28,483 nt of DNA from Planctomycetota bacterium (GCA_018968795.1 JAGWZR010000002.1:1-28483), one strand, 5' to 3'; shown: positions 16,235 through 24,991, counted from the stretch's first letter. The notes: generated by a model not told the origin, from the sequence alone. Translations and numbers: made by a program.

Positions 16235-18892
16235 TTAACTACCGAGCTGTAATATTTTTTTGCTTAGCAATTCTATGGCGAAGTTGAGTGCCTCGTCTAA
16301 TTTTTCTATCCATTGTCCACCGGCCTGTGCCATATCGGGTCTGCCGCCGCCTCCACCGCCAACTACTTTTGCCACCTCCTTTGAGATGTTTCCTGCGTGT
16401 AAACCTCGCTTAACCAGATTGGGACTTAAGGCTGCAACTATCGTTACGCGATTATTTTGTGCGGTTCCCAGTACGATAGCCATATTTTCGGAAGATTTCA
16501 TTAGCATATCGATCGTTTTCCTTAGATCGTCTACGGTTGCATCCTCTAATTTTCTTGTAATAATCTTTACTCCAGAGACCTCTTTGGCATTTTCGATAAA
16601 AGAATTAATCTTACCGCTTAACTCTTTTTGTTTTACCCTGTTGATTTCTTTGTGTAAATTCTTTAATTCATTTAAGACTTCCTGCGTTTTTGTGATAAGC
16701 TTATCCTCGGTTGTGTTCATAACCTCACAAATTTCTTTGATAATACTTTCTTTTTCCCGGTCTTTGTTTAATGCCGACATACCAGTCATGGCTTCGATAC
16801 GTCGAATTCCCGCAGCAACGGAGGACTCGCTCGCAATTCTAAAGAGCCCAATTTCTCCAGAGTTGCCTACATGAGTTCCGCCGCACAGTTCTTTGCTGAA
16901 GTCGCCCGTAGAAACCATTCTAACCAGTTCTCCATATTTTTCTCCAAATAGGGCAAGGGCGCCGGCATTCCTTGCCTGTTGGATGGTTAATTCTTTTGCC
17001 CCTACGGGTAAATTTTCCAGAATTTTTTCATTAACTAGGTCTTCAATTCGTGTTAATTCATCTTTTGTAAGGCTGGAAAAATGGTGAAAATCGAAACGCA
17101 AGCGATCCGGCGTTACCAGAGAACCCGCCTGTTCTGCATGCTGACCTATTACTCTTCGCAAGGCGTAGTGGAGGATGTGCGTTGCCGAATGATTCTTCCG
17201 AATGCAATTTCTTCGCTGGATATCAATCTTTGCACTGACCGTACTTCCCTTTTTTAGTTCTCCTTTAATCACCTTTCCTATATGCAAGATAAAATCGTTA
17301 TTCTTCTTTGTGTTGGTAATTTGAACGTGATTTCCATTTGATTCTAGAACGCCTGTATCGCCGATCTGTCCACCTGATTCGCCATAAAAAGGCGTCTGGT
17401 CTAAGAGTACCGTTACCTCATTTCCTGCTGTAGCCGTATCTATAAGTTGATCATTCTTGATGATGGCGATTACCATGGCTTCGCAGGCGCATTGGTCGTA
17501 GCCTAGAAATCTTGAACCTTTTGAAATATCTTTAATCTTACTGAGCGGGCCGGTATCAAAGACCTCTCCTGTCATCTGGGAAGATGTCTTTGCCTGTAAC
17601 CGCTGCTTTTTGAGTTCTTCTTCAAAGCCATCCTTATCAACGGCAAATTCCTTTTCATTGAGAATCGCTTCCGTCATATCTAAAGGAAAGCCATACGTAT
17701 CGTATAGCTTGAAAGCTTCTTTACCGGGAAGGATTTTTTGTTTATTTTTTTGTAAAACCCCCATCAACTCTTCCAATATACGTGTCCCCTGTTCCAGGGT
17801 TTCATGAAATTTTTCTTCTTCGTTCTTTATTATTCGTGCGATATTTTCTCTTCGTTGTTTAATGTCGGGATAATATTCTTGCATCACGTCGCTTACAATA
17901 GGCACCAGCTTATATAAAAAACTGTCTTTTACGCCCAATTGTGCCCCGTCCCGTATAGCTCGCCGCAATAATCGTCTCTCCACGTAGCCTCGGCCTTCGT
18001 TACTGGGGAGGACGCCGTCAGAGATACAAAACACACATGCCTTCGTATGGTCTGCGATGCGCCGCATGAGCACGGCATTTTCAATTCGACCATTATATTT
18101 TGATTTTGTAATTTCTTCTATGCATTTGATAAGAGGGGTAAAAATATCAATATCGAAGTTGGTTTGCACTCCTTGCATGACACGGGACATCCTTTCCAAT
18201 CCCATGCCTGTGTCCACATTTTTGTGCGGTAACGGTTCCAGGTTGCCTCCTTCTTTGCGGTCGTATTGCGTGAATACAAGATTCCATATTTCTACAAATC
18301 GATCACAATCGCATGCGGGTTCGCATTCTTTCCGCCCGCAACCGATTTTTGCCCCTTGGTCAAAAAATATCTCAGAGCATGGGCCGCAAGGTCCGTTAGG
18401 TCCTAACAGGGGGGCGTTTGCCGGCCAGAAATTGTCCTTTTCGCCGTATCGATAAATCTTTGCCTTGGATATGCCAATGTATTTTTCCCAAATTTCGTAC
18501 GATTCCACATCATCTTTATAAATGCTTACACTCAGCCGTTCTTCTGGAATTTTTAACTCCTGTACCAGGAATTCCCATGCCCATTCGATGGTCTCTTTTT
18601 TGAAATAATCTCCAAAGGAAAAATTTCCCAGCATTTCAAAGAATGTGTGATGGGATGCCGTCTTCCCTACATTGTCAATATCGCCGGTACGAAGACATTT
18701 CTGGCAGGTGGCAGCCTTTTTGAAGTTTAAATTTCCTTTGCCCAGAAACATGTCTTTAAACTGGTTCATTCCCGCACCGGTAAAAAGAAGCGTGGGGTCA
18801 TTCTGGGGGACTAATGAGTCGCTAGGCCAGATTGTATGAGACTTTTTTTCGAAGAATTTTAGAAATTTATTGCGGAGATCATCTGTTTTCAT
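16235..18892 (-). CDS. alaS: Alanine--tRNA ligase
   Basis: 885 aa. Contains HHTFFEMLGNFSFGDYFK, GPCGPCSEIF, the editing-domain HSATHIL and CGGTHV motifs, and a C-terminal GGGGGRPDMAQAGG (DHHA1). Confidence 0.98.
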   Translation of the reverse strand: MKTDDLRNKFLKFFEKKSHTIWPSDSLVPQNDPTLLFTGAGMNQFKDMFLGKGNLNFKKAATCQKCLRTGDIDNVGKTASHHTFFEMLGNFSFGDYFKKETIEWAWEFLVQELKIPEERLSVSIYKDDVESYEIWEKYIGISKAKIYRYGEKDNFWPANAPLLGPNGPCGPCSEIFFDQGAKIGCGRKECEPACDCDRFVEIWNLVFTQYDRKEGGNLEPLPHKNVDTGMGLERMSRVMQGVQTNFDIDIFTPLIKCIEEITKSKYNGRIENAVLMRRIADHTKACVFCISDGVLPSNEGRGYVERRLLRRAIRDGAQLGVKDSFLYKLVPIVSDVMQEYYPDIKQRRENIARIIKNEEEKFHETLEQGTRILEELMGVLQKNKQKILPGKEAFKLYDTYGFPLDMTEAILNEKEFAVDKDGFEEELKKQRLQAKTSSQMTGEVFDTGPLSKIKDISKGSRFLGYDQCACEAMVIAIIKNDQLIDTATAGNEVTVLLDQTPFYGESGGQIGDTGVLESNGNHVQITNTKKNNDFILHIGKVIKGELKKGSTVSAKIDIQRRNCIRKNHSATHILHYALRRVIGQHAEQAGSLVTPDRLRFDFHHFSSLTKDELTRIEDLVNEKILENLPVGAKELTIQQARNAGALALFGEKYGELVRMVSTGDFSKELCGGTHVGNSGEIGLFRIASESSVAAGIRRIEAMTGMSALNKDREKESIIKEICEVMNTTEDKLITKTQEVLNELKNLHKEINRVKQKELSGKINSFIENAKEVSGVKIITRKLEDATVDDLRKTIDMLMKSSENMAIVLGTAQNNRVTIVAALSPNLVKRGLHAGNISKEVAKVVGGGGGGRPDMAQAGGQWIEKLDEALNFAIELLSKKILQLGS

Positions 18893-18903
18893 AGAAGTAC
18901 TAA

Positions 18904-19995
18904 CTATTTTTCACCTTTTTTCGATTGCGTTTCTGCTTTGATTTTTTCGGAAGATTTTTCAGGAATTTTTCCAGTAACCATTTCTGGCATTACTTTCTTC
19001 AGGATGGACAGCTCGAGTTCCTTCATCAATTCAGGTTTTCCCTCGATAAATTGCCTGGAATTTTCCCTGCCCTGTCCCAGGCGGATTTCGCCGTAAGAGA
19101 ACCAGGTGCCGGATTTGTCAATAATCTGATGTTCAACGCCGAGGTCAATAATATCACCCCCTCGCGATATGCCTGAGTTATATAAAATATCAAACTCTGC
19201 CCTCTTAAAAGGAGCCGCAACTTTATTTTTTGCGATAGTGGCGCGAACTCTATTTCCAATCGACACGTCGCCGTCTTTTATGCTGCCAATTCTCCGTATA
19301 TCGATACGCACTGATGAGTAAAACTTTAGCGCCCTGCCACCCGGTGTCGTTTCAGGATTTCCGCCGTACATAACGCCGATCTTTTCCCGAATCTGGTTTA
19401 TAAAAATGACGCTGGTCTGGGATTTTGAAATGCAGCCTGTCAACTTGCGTAATGCTTGCGACATCAGCCTTGCTTGCAATCCTACGTGTGCATCGCCCAT
19501 TTCGCCTTCAATCTCTGCACGGGGAACAAGGGCTGCCACTGAATCGATTGCGATGATATCCACGGCATTGCTTCTTACCAGTAATTCTGCAATCTCAAGC
19601 GCCTGCTCTCCAGTATCGGGTTGGTTTACCATGAGATTGTTCAAGTCTACCCCTAATTTTTTTGCGTACTCCGGGTCTAAGGCGTGTTCGGCATCGATAA
19701 AGGCTGCCACACCTCCGCTTTTCTGGGCATTAGCGATAATGTGAAGAGTCAGCGTGGTTTTGCCAGAAGATTCCGGACCAAATATTTCGACGACCCTTCC
19801 GCGCGGGATGCCGCCAACCCCTAAAGCAATGTCGAGGGATAATGCCCCGGTTGAAATAGTGGGAACGTCTAGCCTCGTCTCACCGCTCAGTTTCATTATT
19901 GTGCCTTTGCCATACTGCTTCTCGATCTGTGAGATTGCTCTTTCCAGGGCTTGCTGTCGTTTTTCCTTATCTACATCTTCTGGTTTGAATGTCAT
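18904..19995 (-). CDS. recA: Recombinase RecA
   Basis: 363 aa. Walker [10 protein letters not shown], plus the [10 protein letters not shown] and [22 protein letters not shown] motifs. Lies 11 nt upstream of alaS. Confidence 0.98.
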   Translation of the reverse strand: MTFKPEDVDKEKRQQALERAISQIEKQYGKGTIMKLSGETRLDVPTISTGALSLDIALGVGGIPRGRVVEIFGPESSGKTTLTLHIIANAQKSGGVAAFIDAEHALDPEYAKKLGVDLNNLMVNQPDTGEQALEIAELLVRSNAVDIIAIDSVAALVPRAEIEGEMGDAHVGLQARLMSQALRKLTGCISKSQTSVIFINQIREKIGVMYGGNPETTPGGRALKFYSSVRIDIRRIGSIKDGDVSIGNRVRATIAKNKVAAPFKRAEFDILYNSGISRGGDIIDLGVEHQIIDKSGTWFSYGEIRLGQGRENSRQFIEGKPELMKELELSILKKVMPEMVTGKIPEKSSEKIKAETQSKKGEK

Positions 19996-20025
19996 AATTC
20001 ACCCATATAAAAAGTTATACGGTTA

Positions 20026-20589
20026 TTAAACTAAATCAACACTATACAATCTGGTGTATACAGCCCCCTCTGGCGAGAGGTCGCTCTTCATCAAAACCAC
20101 CTGCGTTACATGGTCTGCCCCAAAATCAAACCCATTGTACGAATTCAAACCCTCCATAAGATTTCCCACATTCTTGCGTGTTTTGATACGTCCTACCGTG
20201 AGATGTGCCTCGAATTTGCGAGTCTCATGCTCTATGCCAAGTCCCATGAATTGATTGTCCAGTCTTTCATGAATCTTTGTTAAAAATCCGCCTGAATCTA
20301 TCACGTCAGCAAAAACAACACGAGGATTTTTGTTTGTTGGGAAAGCGCCCACGCCAACATATTGAAGGTCAAATGGTTTTATATGAGTTACGGATTCCCT
20401 TATTATCGTGACGATTGTATCAATTTTTTCCTCATCAATATAGCCAATAAATTTTAGCGTAATATGAAGATTTTCGGGAGTTACCCACCCCACGTTTGTG
20501 CCCAACTTTTTAAGCGTATCCTGAAACGCTGCTAATTTTTTCCGGATCTCCTCTGCAATTTCAACTGCAACAAAAAGGCGTGCGTTCAT
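20026..20589 (-). CDS. thpR: RNA 2',3'-cyclic phosphodiesterase (2H family, LigT/ThpR)
   Basis: 187 aa with the two H-x-T-x motifs of the 2H superfamily (HITLKF and HLTVGR) at the expected spacing. Position upstream of recA. Confidence 0.85.
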   Translation of the reverse strand: MNARLFVAVEIAEEIRKKLAAFQDTLKKLGTNVGWVTPENLHITLKFIGYIDEEKIDTIVTIIRESVTHIKPFDLQYVGVGAFPTNKNPRVVFADVIDSGGFLTKIHERLDNQFMGLGIEHETRKFEAHLTVGRIKTRKNVGNLMEGLNSYNGFDFGADHVTQVVLMKSDLSPEGAVYTRLYSVDLV

Positions 20590-20734
20590 ACAGAAATCTT
20601 AGTAACTTAAAAAGCATGAAGTCATAAATTATACAGATTCCACAGATTTCTTATTATGCTATGTTATCTGTATACAGAACCACCCAGAGAATCAAGGGCT
20701 ATAGATCCAACAACGAGTAGCGGCATAGTCAACC

Positions 20735-21275
20735 TCTATAAGGAACATTTGGGAATTTCAAAAATTGTACTGAACTTGATTCAATATTAAAATTCTTCAG
20801 TCACATTTCGACTTTGTTCAGTGTGACGTCATTCCGAGCGGAGTCGAGGAATCTAAATTTATGTTTAGGAATTTCAATCTTTTGTGATTCCCCTCTAAAA
20901 AGAGGGGATAAAGGGGTGTGTAAATTTGCCGCAACACACCTCCAACCCCTATGGTAGGTCAGGCGTCCCCGCTTGACATTATGAATGACAAGCGGGGACG
21001 CTTGTCCTACCAATAAGGGGAGCTTAAAAGTCGCTGCCAAAGGCAGCCTAATTTAAGCGTATAGGAAATTCAAAGGTTGAGATTCTTCGTCGTTTCGCTC
21101 CTCAGAATGACAATAGAGAAACGTATAGTCATGCTGAGTGAAACGAAGCATCTAATTTAACGTTTAGAAATTTCAAAGAGATTCCCCGAAATCGAAGACC
21201 CTGAACTTAATTCAGTACATGGTTCGGAATGACGGGAAAAAGCATGATGTCATGCTGAACTTGGTTCAGCATCTA
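20735..21275. repeat. Mosaic of several short hairpin-repeat families filling the gltX/thpR intergenic region
   Basis: GTCAT-type elements at 20828 (+), 21111 (inverse), 21128 (+), 21233 (inverse) and 21249 (+). About 30-nt tail units at 20851-20879, 21047-21076 and 21150-21180. Small hairpins cccctct-aaaa-agagggg (20890-20907) and gctgcc-aaa-ggcagc (21033-21047). ctgaactt(g/a)attcag-type hairpins at 20769-20787 and 21199-21217. Confidence 0.75.
20953..21011. repeat. Long near-perfect hairpin (25-nt arms, 9-nt loop)
   Basis: ggtaggtcaggcgtccccgcttgac (20953-20977) pairs with gacaagcggggacgcttgtcctacc (20987-21011) at about 22 of 25 positions plus one G-U. Each arm can also fold on itself (acaagcg-ggg-acgcttgt). 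No flanking T-tract. Confidence 0.7.
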
Positions 21276-22608
21276 CCTTGACTGATTCAAAAGTTTTCCC
21301 CAAGGTTACAATAGTAGAATCGAGTTTTTTCAAAGTCTTTTCTTTTCCTAGAAGCTCCATCGTTTCAAAAATACCAGCGCTTACGCTCCGCCCCGTGATG
21401 GCTACCCTTAGGGGCTGAGCAACCTTGGAAAACCCAATGCCGATCTTTGCAGTTAAAGTTCGCAGGCAATCTTCCAAAGACTGCTTATCAAAATTATCTA
21501 CAAGAGAAAGGACCAAATATGCCTCTTTTAGCAAATCGGCGATTCCTTCCTTTTTGAGAAATTTGTCTACCGCAGCCTGATCGTACTCAACGGCATCGGT
21601 AAAGAAGAACCCTGTCTGGTTAAGCAAATCCTGAAAGGTTTTGAATCGTTCATGGTACAATTTTACCAGATTGGCCAGCCACACTGCAGGAATTTTTTTC
21701 ATATCAATACCCGATTTTTCAAAAAATCCTTTTACCTCTAGAGTTAGTTGCTCGACAGATGTGTTTTTAATGTATTGGCCGTTCATCCAATCCAGTTTTG
21801 TATTGTTGAATTGAGCGCTGGTTTTATTTGCGCGTTTCAAAGAAAACTTTTCGATCATTTCTTGGATCGATAGAATTTCCTGGTCGTTTCCGGGCGACCA
21901 CCCCAAAAGCGCAAGGAAATTTACCAGGGCGTGAGGCAAATAGCCCTTATCTCGATATTCAGTGACAGAAGTTGCCCCATGGCGTTTGCTTAATCTCGAA
22001 CCATCTTCCCCAAGAATCATTGGGATATGAGCGAATTCAGGCAATTTAAACCCAAAGGCATTATAGAGTGATATTTGTTTTGGAGTATTTGATATGTGGT
22101 CGTCTCCCCGAATAATATGGGTGATTTCCATATCGGCGTCATCCACGACGCAGGCAAAATTATAGGTTGGGAAGCCGTCAGCCTTGAGTATGACAAAATC
22201 TTCAATAAGGGCTGTATCGAAGGTAATGTTGCCGTGAATGAGGTCGTTAAATTCGGTTACCCCATCTTCCATCTTGAAACGAATGGCCTTGCGGCCTTCC
22301 GCATCGGTATCGTAAAATGCCTTCCCTTGCGCTACCAAATTTTCTGCATATTGCTTATAAATAGATAATCGCTGGCTTTGGTAATATGGCCCTTCATCCC
22401 AGTCTAATCCCAGCCATTTCATGCTATCGAGGATGGCCTGTGTAGCCTCTTCAGTGGAGCGTTGCTGGTCGGTATCTTCTATGCGTAAGAGAAAAATACC
22501 ATTATTATGCCGCGCAAAAAGCCAGTTAAAAAGAGCTGTTCTCGCCCCTCCGATATGGAGGTAACCCGTGGGACTAGGCGCGAAGCGAACCCTGACGTTG
22601 GAACTCAA
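21250..22608 (-). CDS. gltX: Glutamate--tRNA ligase
   Basis: 452 aa. Class I motifs PSPTGYLHIGGAR (HIGH) and RLSKRHG (KMSKS). TTG start with AAGGA 7 nt upstream. The last 7 codons and the stop lie inside a repeat element. Confidence 0.96.
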   Translation of the reverse strand: MSSNVRVRFAPSPTGYLHIGGARTALFNWLFARHNNGIFLLRIEDTDQQRSTEEATQAILDSMKWLGLDWDEGPYYQSQRLSIYKQYAENLVAQGKAFYDTDAEGRKAIRFKMEDGVTEFNDLIHGNITFDTALIEDFVILKADGFPTYNFACVVDDADMEITHIIRGDDHISNTPKQISLYNAFGFKLPEFAHIPMILGEDGSRLSKRHGATSVTEYRDKGYLPHALVNFLALLGWSPGNDQEILSIQEMIEKFSLKRANKTSAQFNNTKLDWMNGQYIKNTSVEQLTLEVKGFFEKSGIDMKKIPAVWLANLVKLYHERFKTFQDLLNQTGFFFTDAVEYDQAAVDKFLKKEGIADLLKEAYLVLSLVDNFDKQSLEDCLRTLTAKIGIGFSKVAQPLRVAITGRSVSAGIFETMELLGKEKTLKKLDSTIVTLGKTFESVKVDAEPSSA

Positions 22609-22653
22609 ATCTTTTTCCTTAATTATAAAAGTTAATTGAATTAGTTAAGAATC

Positions 22654-22683
22654 ATGATAACGAATCTAGAATAAAAGTGTCAA
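22654..22683 (-). promoter_or_regulatory. Putative gltX promoter
   Basis: The minus strand reads cTTGACA (22678-22683), an 18-nt spacer, then TATCAT (22654-22659). It lies about 45 nt upstream of the TTG start. Confidence 0.4.
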
Positions 22684-22904
22684 GCGTTTTATTGGCTCGT
22701 GAGGGACAGGTGAACCAGCGCTTACTCATAGCCAAGCGTATCCCCAACAGGATTTTTTCTATAGATTATTGCGGAGTTAATTCTGTATACTTTGGAATTT
22801 AGGGGTTACGCTAATTGCTGATTAAAAGGAAAGAAGAGAATATGCGTTGCTTGTGATTCCTGCATCATGGTTTCGTAAAATAGTATTAACAAAGTACAAA
22901 AGAA

Positions 22905-22934
22905 TTAATATACGGAATCCGGTATGGGTATAAT
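22905..22934 (+). promoter_or_regulatory. Putative promoter of the cyclase gene
   Basis: Perfect TATAAT at 22929-22934 with a weak -35 TTAATA (22905-22910) at an 18-nt spacing. The RBS GGAGG (22944-22948) follows immediately. Confidence 0.3.
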
Positions 22935-22953
22935 GATATAAGAGGAGGTCTTT

Positions 22954-23823
22954 TTGAAAATAGAGATGGAAAACAATACCAGTAAATTCCCAGCCGAAAA
23001 GACGAAGCGAATTGTTATGTTCTGCGATCTGAGGGATTCGACGGATATACTGTTGAATTTTGAACAGGGCATCTACCGCGGTGTCGAAGGTCCCGGCGGG
23101 AAATCTTTCACCTATGAGGAATTTATACTAGACGTTCATGAAACGTCCTATAAAGAACTTTATTTGGGGCATGAGAGCACATACGCACAGATATATGGTG
23201 ACGGCGTGATGGGGATATTTCCGGATGATAATACAAAGTATATCCTGGAAAACATCTACCGACTGACGAAACGTATGCGTGTTTATAACGATTCCCCGGG
23301 AGTAGGTGTTTTCAAGCCCCGTATTGATATTGGCTTTGGCATTACGGTAGGGAAAGTTTCATTCGTTTACTATCCGCTAGATGAACGTTATCACCCTGTA
23401 GCTAGATGTATCCATGAAGCTGCCAGAATCGAGGGAGTTTGTAGACTGTATGATGCCAGGGTTTTGATCTCAGACCGTTTTTTCAAGTTTGCCGATAGGT
23501 ACATTCAATCCGATCAGAGGTTTTCTTACCGCTTCATTGATCGGGTTGTATTGAAGGGTTTCAGGGAACCGATTACCCTCTTTGAGATACTCATTGACAA
23601 CGATCCCAGATTTGAAATTAAAAAAAATTCTATTAAGGAATATTCGGATGCCTATTCAAAATATTGCAGAAGGGAATGGGGGACAGCGAAGGAGCTTTTT
23701 CAGAAAATCTATTATGAATACGGATTGGGTATAGGATCGGTTATGGCTGAAAGGTGCGATATTCTTTCAAAGAGCCCCCCGAGTCCTGACTGGAATGGGA
23801 TATGGAAGATGAAGGATAAATAG
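22954..23823 (+). CDS. Class III adenylate/guanylate cyclase-domain protein with no sensor domain
   Basis: Cyclase-homology-domain motifs in order: VMFCDLRDSTD (metal Asp), IYGDGVMGIF (second metal Asp), IHEAARIE (transition-state Arg), VVLKGFREPITLFEI. The C-terminal helical tail ends PSPDWNGIWKMK. TTG start lies 5 nt after GGAGG. Confidence 0.8.
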   Translation: MKIEMENNTSKFPAEKTKRIVMFCDLRDSTDILLNFEQGIYRGVEGPGGKSFTYEEFILDVHETSYKELYLGHESTYAQIYGDGVMGIFPDDNTKYILENIYRLTKRMRVYNDSPGVGVFKPRIDIGFGITVGKVSFVYYPLDERYHPVARCIHEAARIEGVCRLYDARVLISDRFFKFADRYIQSDQRFSYRFIDRVVLKGFREPITLFEILIDNDPRFEIKKNSIKEYSDAYSKYCRREWGTAKELFQKIYYEYGLGIGSVMAERCDILSKSPPSPDWNGIWKMKDK

Positions 23824-23896
23824 CGGGAATTTATATACAATAAGGGTGAAAAGCTGACGAAAAGAAGTTTTTACAGAGTAATATTTTATATGTTAT

Positions 23897-24991
23897 ATGG
23901 GCAACATTGATACGATAACTCAAATCTTGAACCAAGCATTGGACTGCGCGGGTAAGGGAATCATGATACAAGACATAAGCCGTAAGGTGGTGTTTTTTAA
24001 TCGCGCTTGCGAAGAGATTACGAAATGGCAGAAGGAGGAGGTTGTTGGCAGGGATTGTGGTGACATTTTCCAGTGTCATACCTCAACAGGCATGTGTTTG
24101 ACTGAGAAATTTTGTCCTGGTATGGAGATTTTCCAGGGCAGACTTTCTCAGGCTTCCCGGGAACTCTTGATCAGGCGTGGGGATGGCAGCGAATCCTGGG
24201 TGGAGACGAGCGCATCGGCTATCAGGAATACTGAAGGGAAGGTGACGCATATTGTTACCGTTATCGAGGATATTAGTGAGAGAAAAAGGTTTTCGGATGA
24301 GGTCCTCAAGGCAAAAACCTTGTCCACCCTAGGTACATTTACTGCAGAATTGGCGCACGAAATCAAAAATCCTTTAAATGCCATGCATATTCAAATGATG
24401 GTACTGGAGCGAGAAATACAAGATATTTCCAAAATAAACGAAAAGTCAAAAAGGGAATTGCTCGAGACGGTTTCTATAGTTCAGAAGGAACTCATCCGTT
24501 TAAGCGGGTTTGTCGAAGAGTGTTTACACTTTTCAAAAACAGGGGAACTCAACAAAAAGGACGTCAATATTCGAGAGTTACTCAATGAAATTGTTTCTTT
24601 ACTTCTGCCTCAGGCACAATTAAGCGGTATTCAAGTAAAGCTAGAGGTAGCCTCTGAACTACCCAAAATAAAGGTGGACAGGGATAAGATAAAACAGGCG
24701 ATTTTAAATATTATGATCAACGGTGTCGAGGCAATGCCGGATGGAGGAGCGTTACGAGTAAGTGCGAAACGGAGCGGGTATGAAATATGGATTTCCTGTC
24801 AGGATAGCGGTCCCGGCATTCCCGATGAGATTAAAGATAAAATATTCAATTTGTTTTATACCACGAAGGATGGAGGCACCGGAATAGGGCTTTCTTTTGC
24901 TCAAAATATTGTCCATGCCCATGGGGGCACAATAAGACTGGGGCAATCTTCCAAGGGTAGCAAGTTTGTGATTGTAATCCCGATAAATTAG
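23897..24991 (+). CDS. Soluble PAS-domain sensor histidine kinase
   Basis: No TM segment. N-terminal PAS domain (GIMIQDISRKVVFFNRACEEITKW...VTVIEDISERK). H-box ELAHEIKNPL (His154), N-box NIMINGVEA, G1 DSGPGI, G2 GTGIGLS. Confidence 0.9.
   Translation: MGNIDTITQILNQALDCAGKGIMIQDISRKVVFFNRACEEITKWQKEEVVGRDCGDIFQCHTSTGMCLTEKFCPGMEIFQGRLSQASRELLIRRGDGSESWVETSASAIRNTEGKVTHIVTVIEDISERKRFSDEVLKAKTLSTLGTFTAELAHEIKNPLNAMHIQMMVLEREIQDISKINEKSKRELLETVSIVQKELIRLSGFVEECLHFSKTGELNKKDVNIRELLNEIVSLLLPQAQLSGIQVKLEVASELPKIKVDRDKIKQAILNIMINGVEAMPDGGALRVSAKRSGYEIWISCQDSGPGIPDEIKDKIFNLFYTTKDGGTGIGLSFAQNIVHAHGGTIRLGQSSKGSKFVIVIPIN

Noticed and set aside
20667-20678. Perfect 12-bp palindrome TCTGTATACAGA upstream of thpR-recA-alaS, superficially LexA-box-like (CTGT...ACAG)
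   Set aside because: A perfect 12-bp palindrome is expected about 7 times by chance in 28.5 kb (1/4096 per position). The CTG-N4-CAG spacing does not match the CTGT-N8-ACAG box or any other LexA motif I know. It lies upstream of, not over, the best -10 (TATAAT, 20628-20633 on the minus strand).
20801-21040. 79-aa minus-strand ORF in the gltX/thpR intergenic region
   Set aside because: It is composed of the long hairpin (20953-21011) and GTCAT-type repeats (...LDSARNDVT...). It is a repeat translation artefact.
20735-21275. CRISPR array
   Set aside because: The repeats are of several unrelated families, occur in both orientations, are irregularly spaced (103-196 bp) and have diverged. There are no cas genes in the window.
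22820-22840. aGGGGttacgctaaTTGCt upstream of the cyclase as a -24/-12 promoter
   Set aside because: The GG-to-GC spacing is off by one nucleotide, which sigma54 promoters do not tolerate.
22954-23823. Possibility that the minimal cyclase is a Pycsar-type (cCMP/cUMP) anti-phage cyclase
   Set aside because: Pycsar operons pair the cyclase with an effector carrying a cyclic-nucleotide-binding domain fused to TM or TIR modules. Here the next gene is a PAS histidine kinase and no such effector is present. No other defence-island features are nearby.
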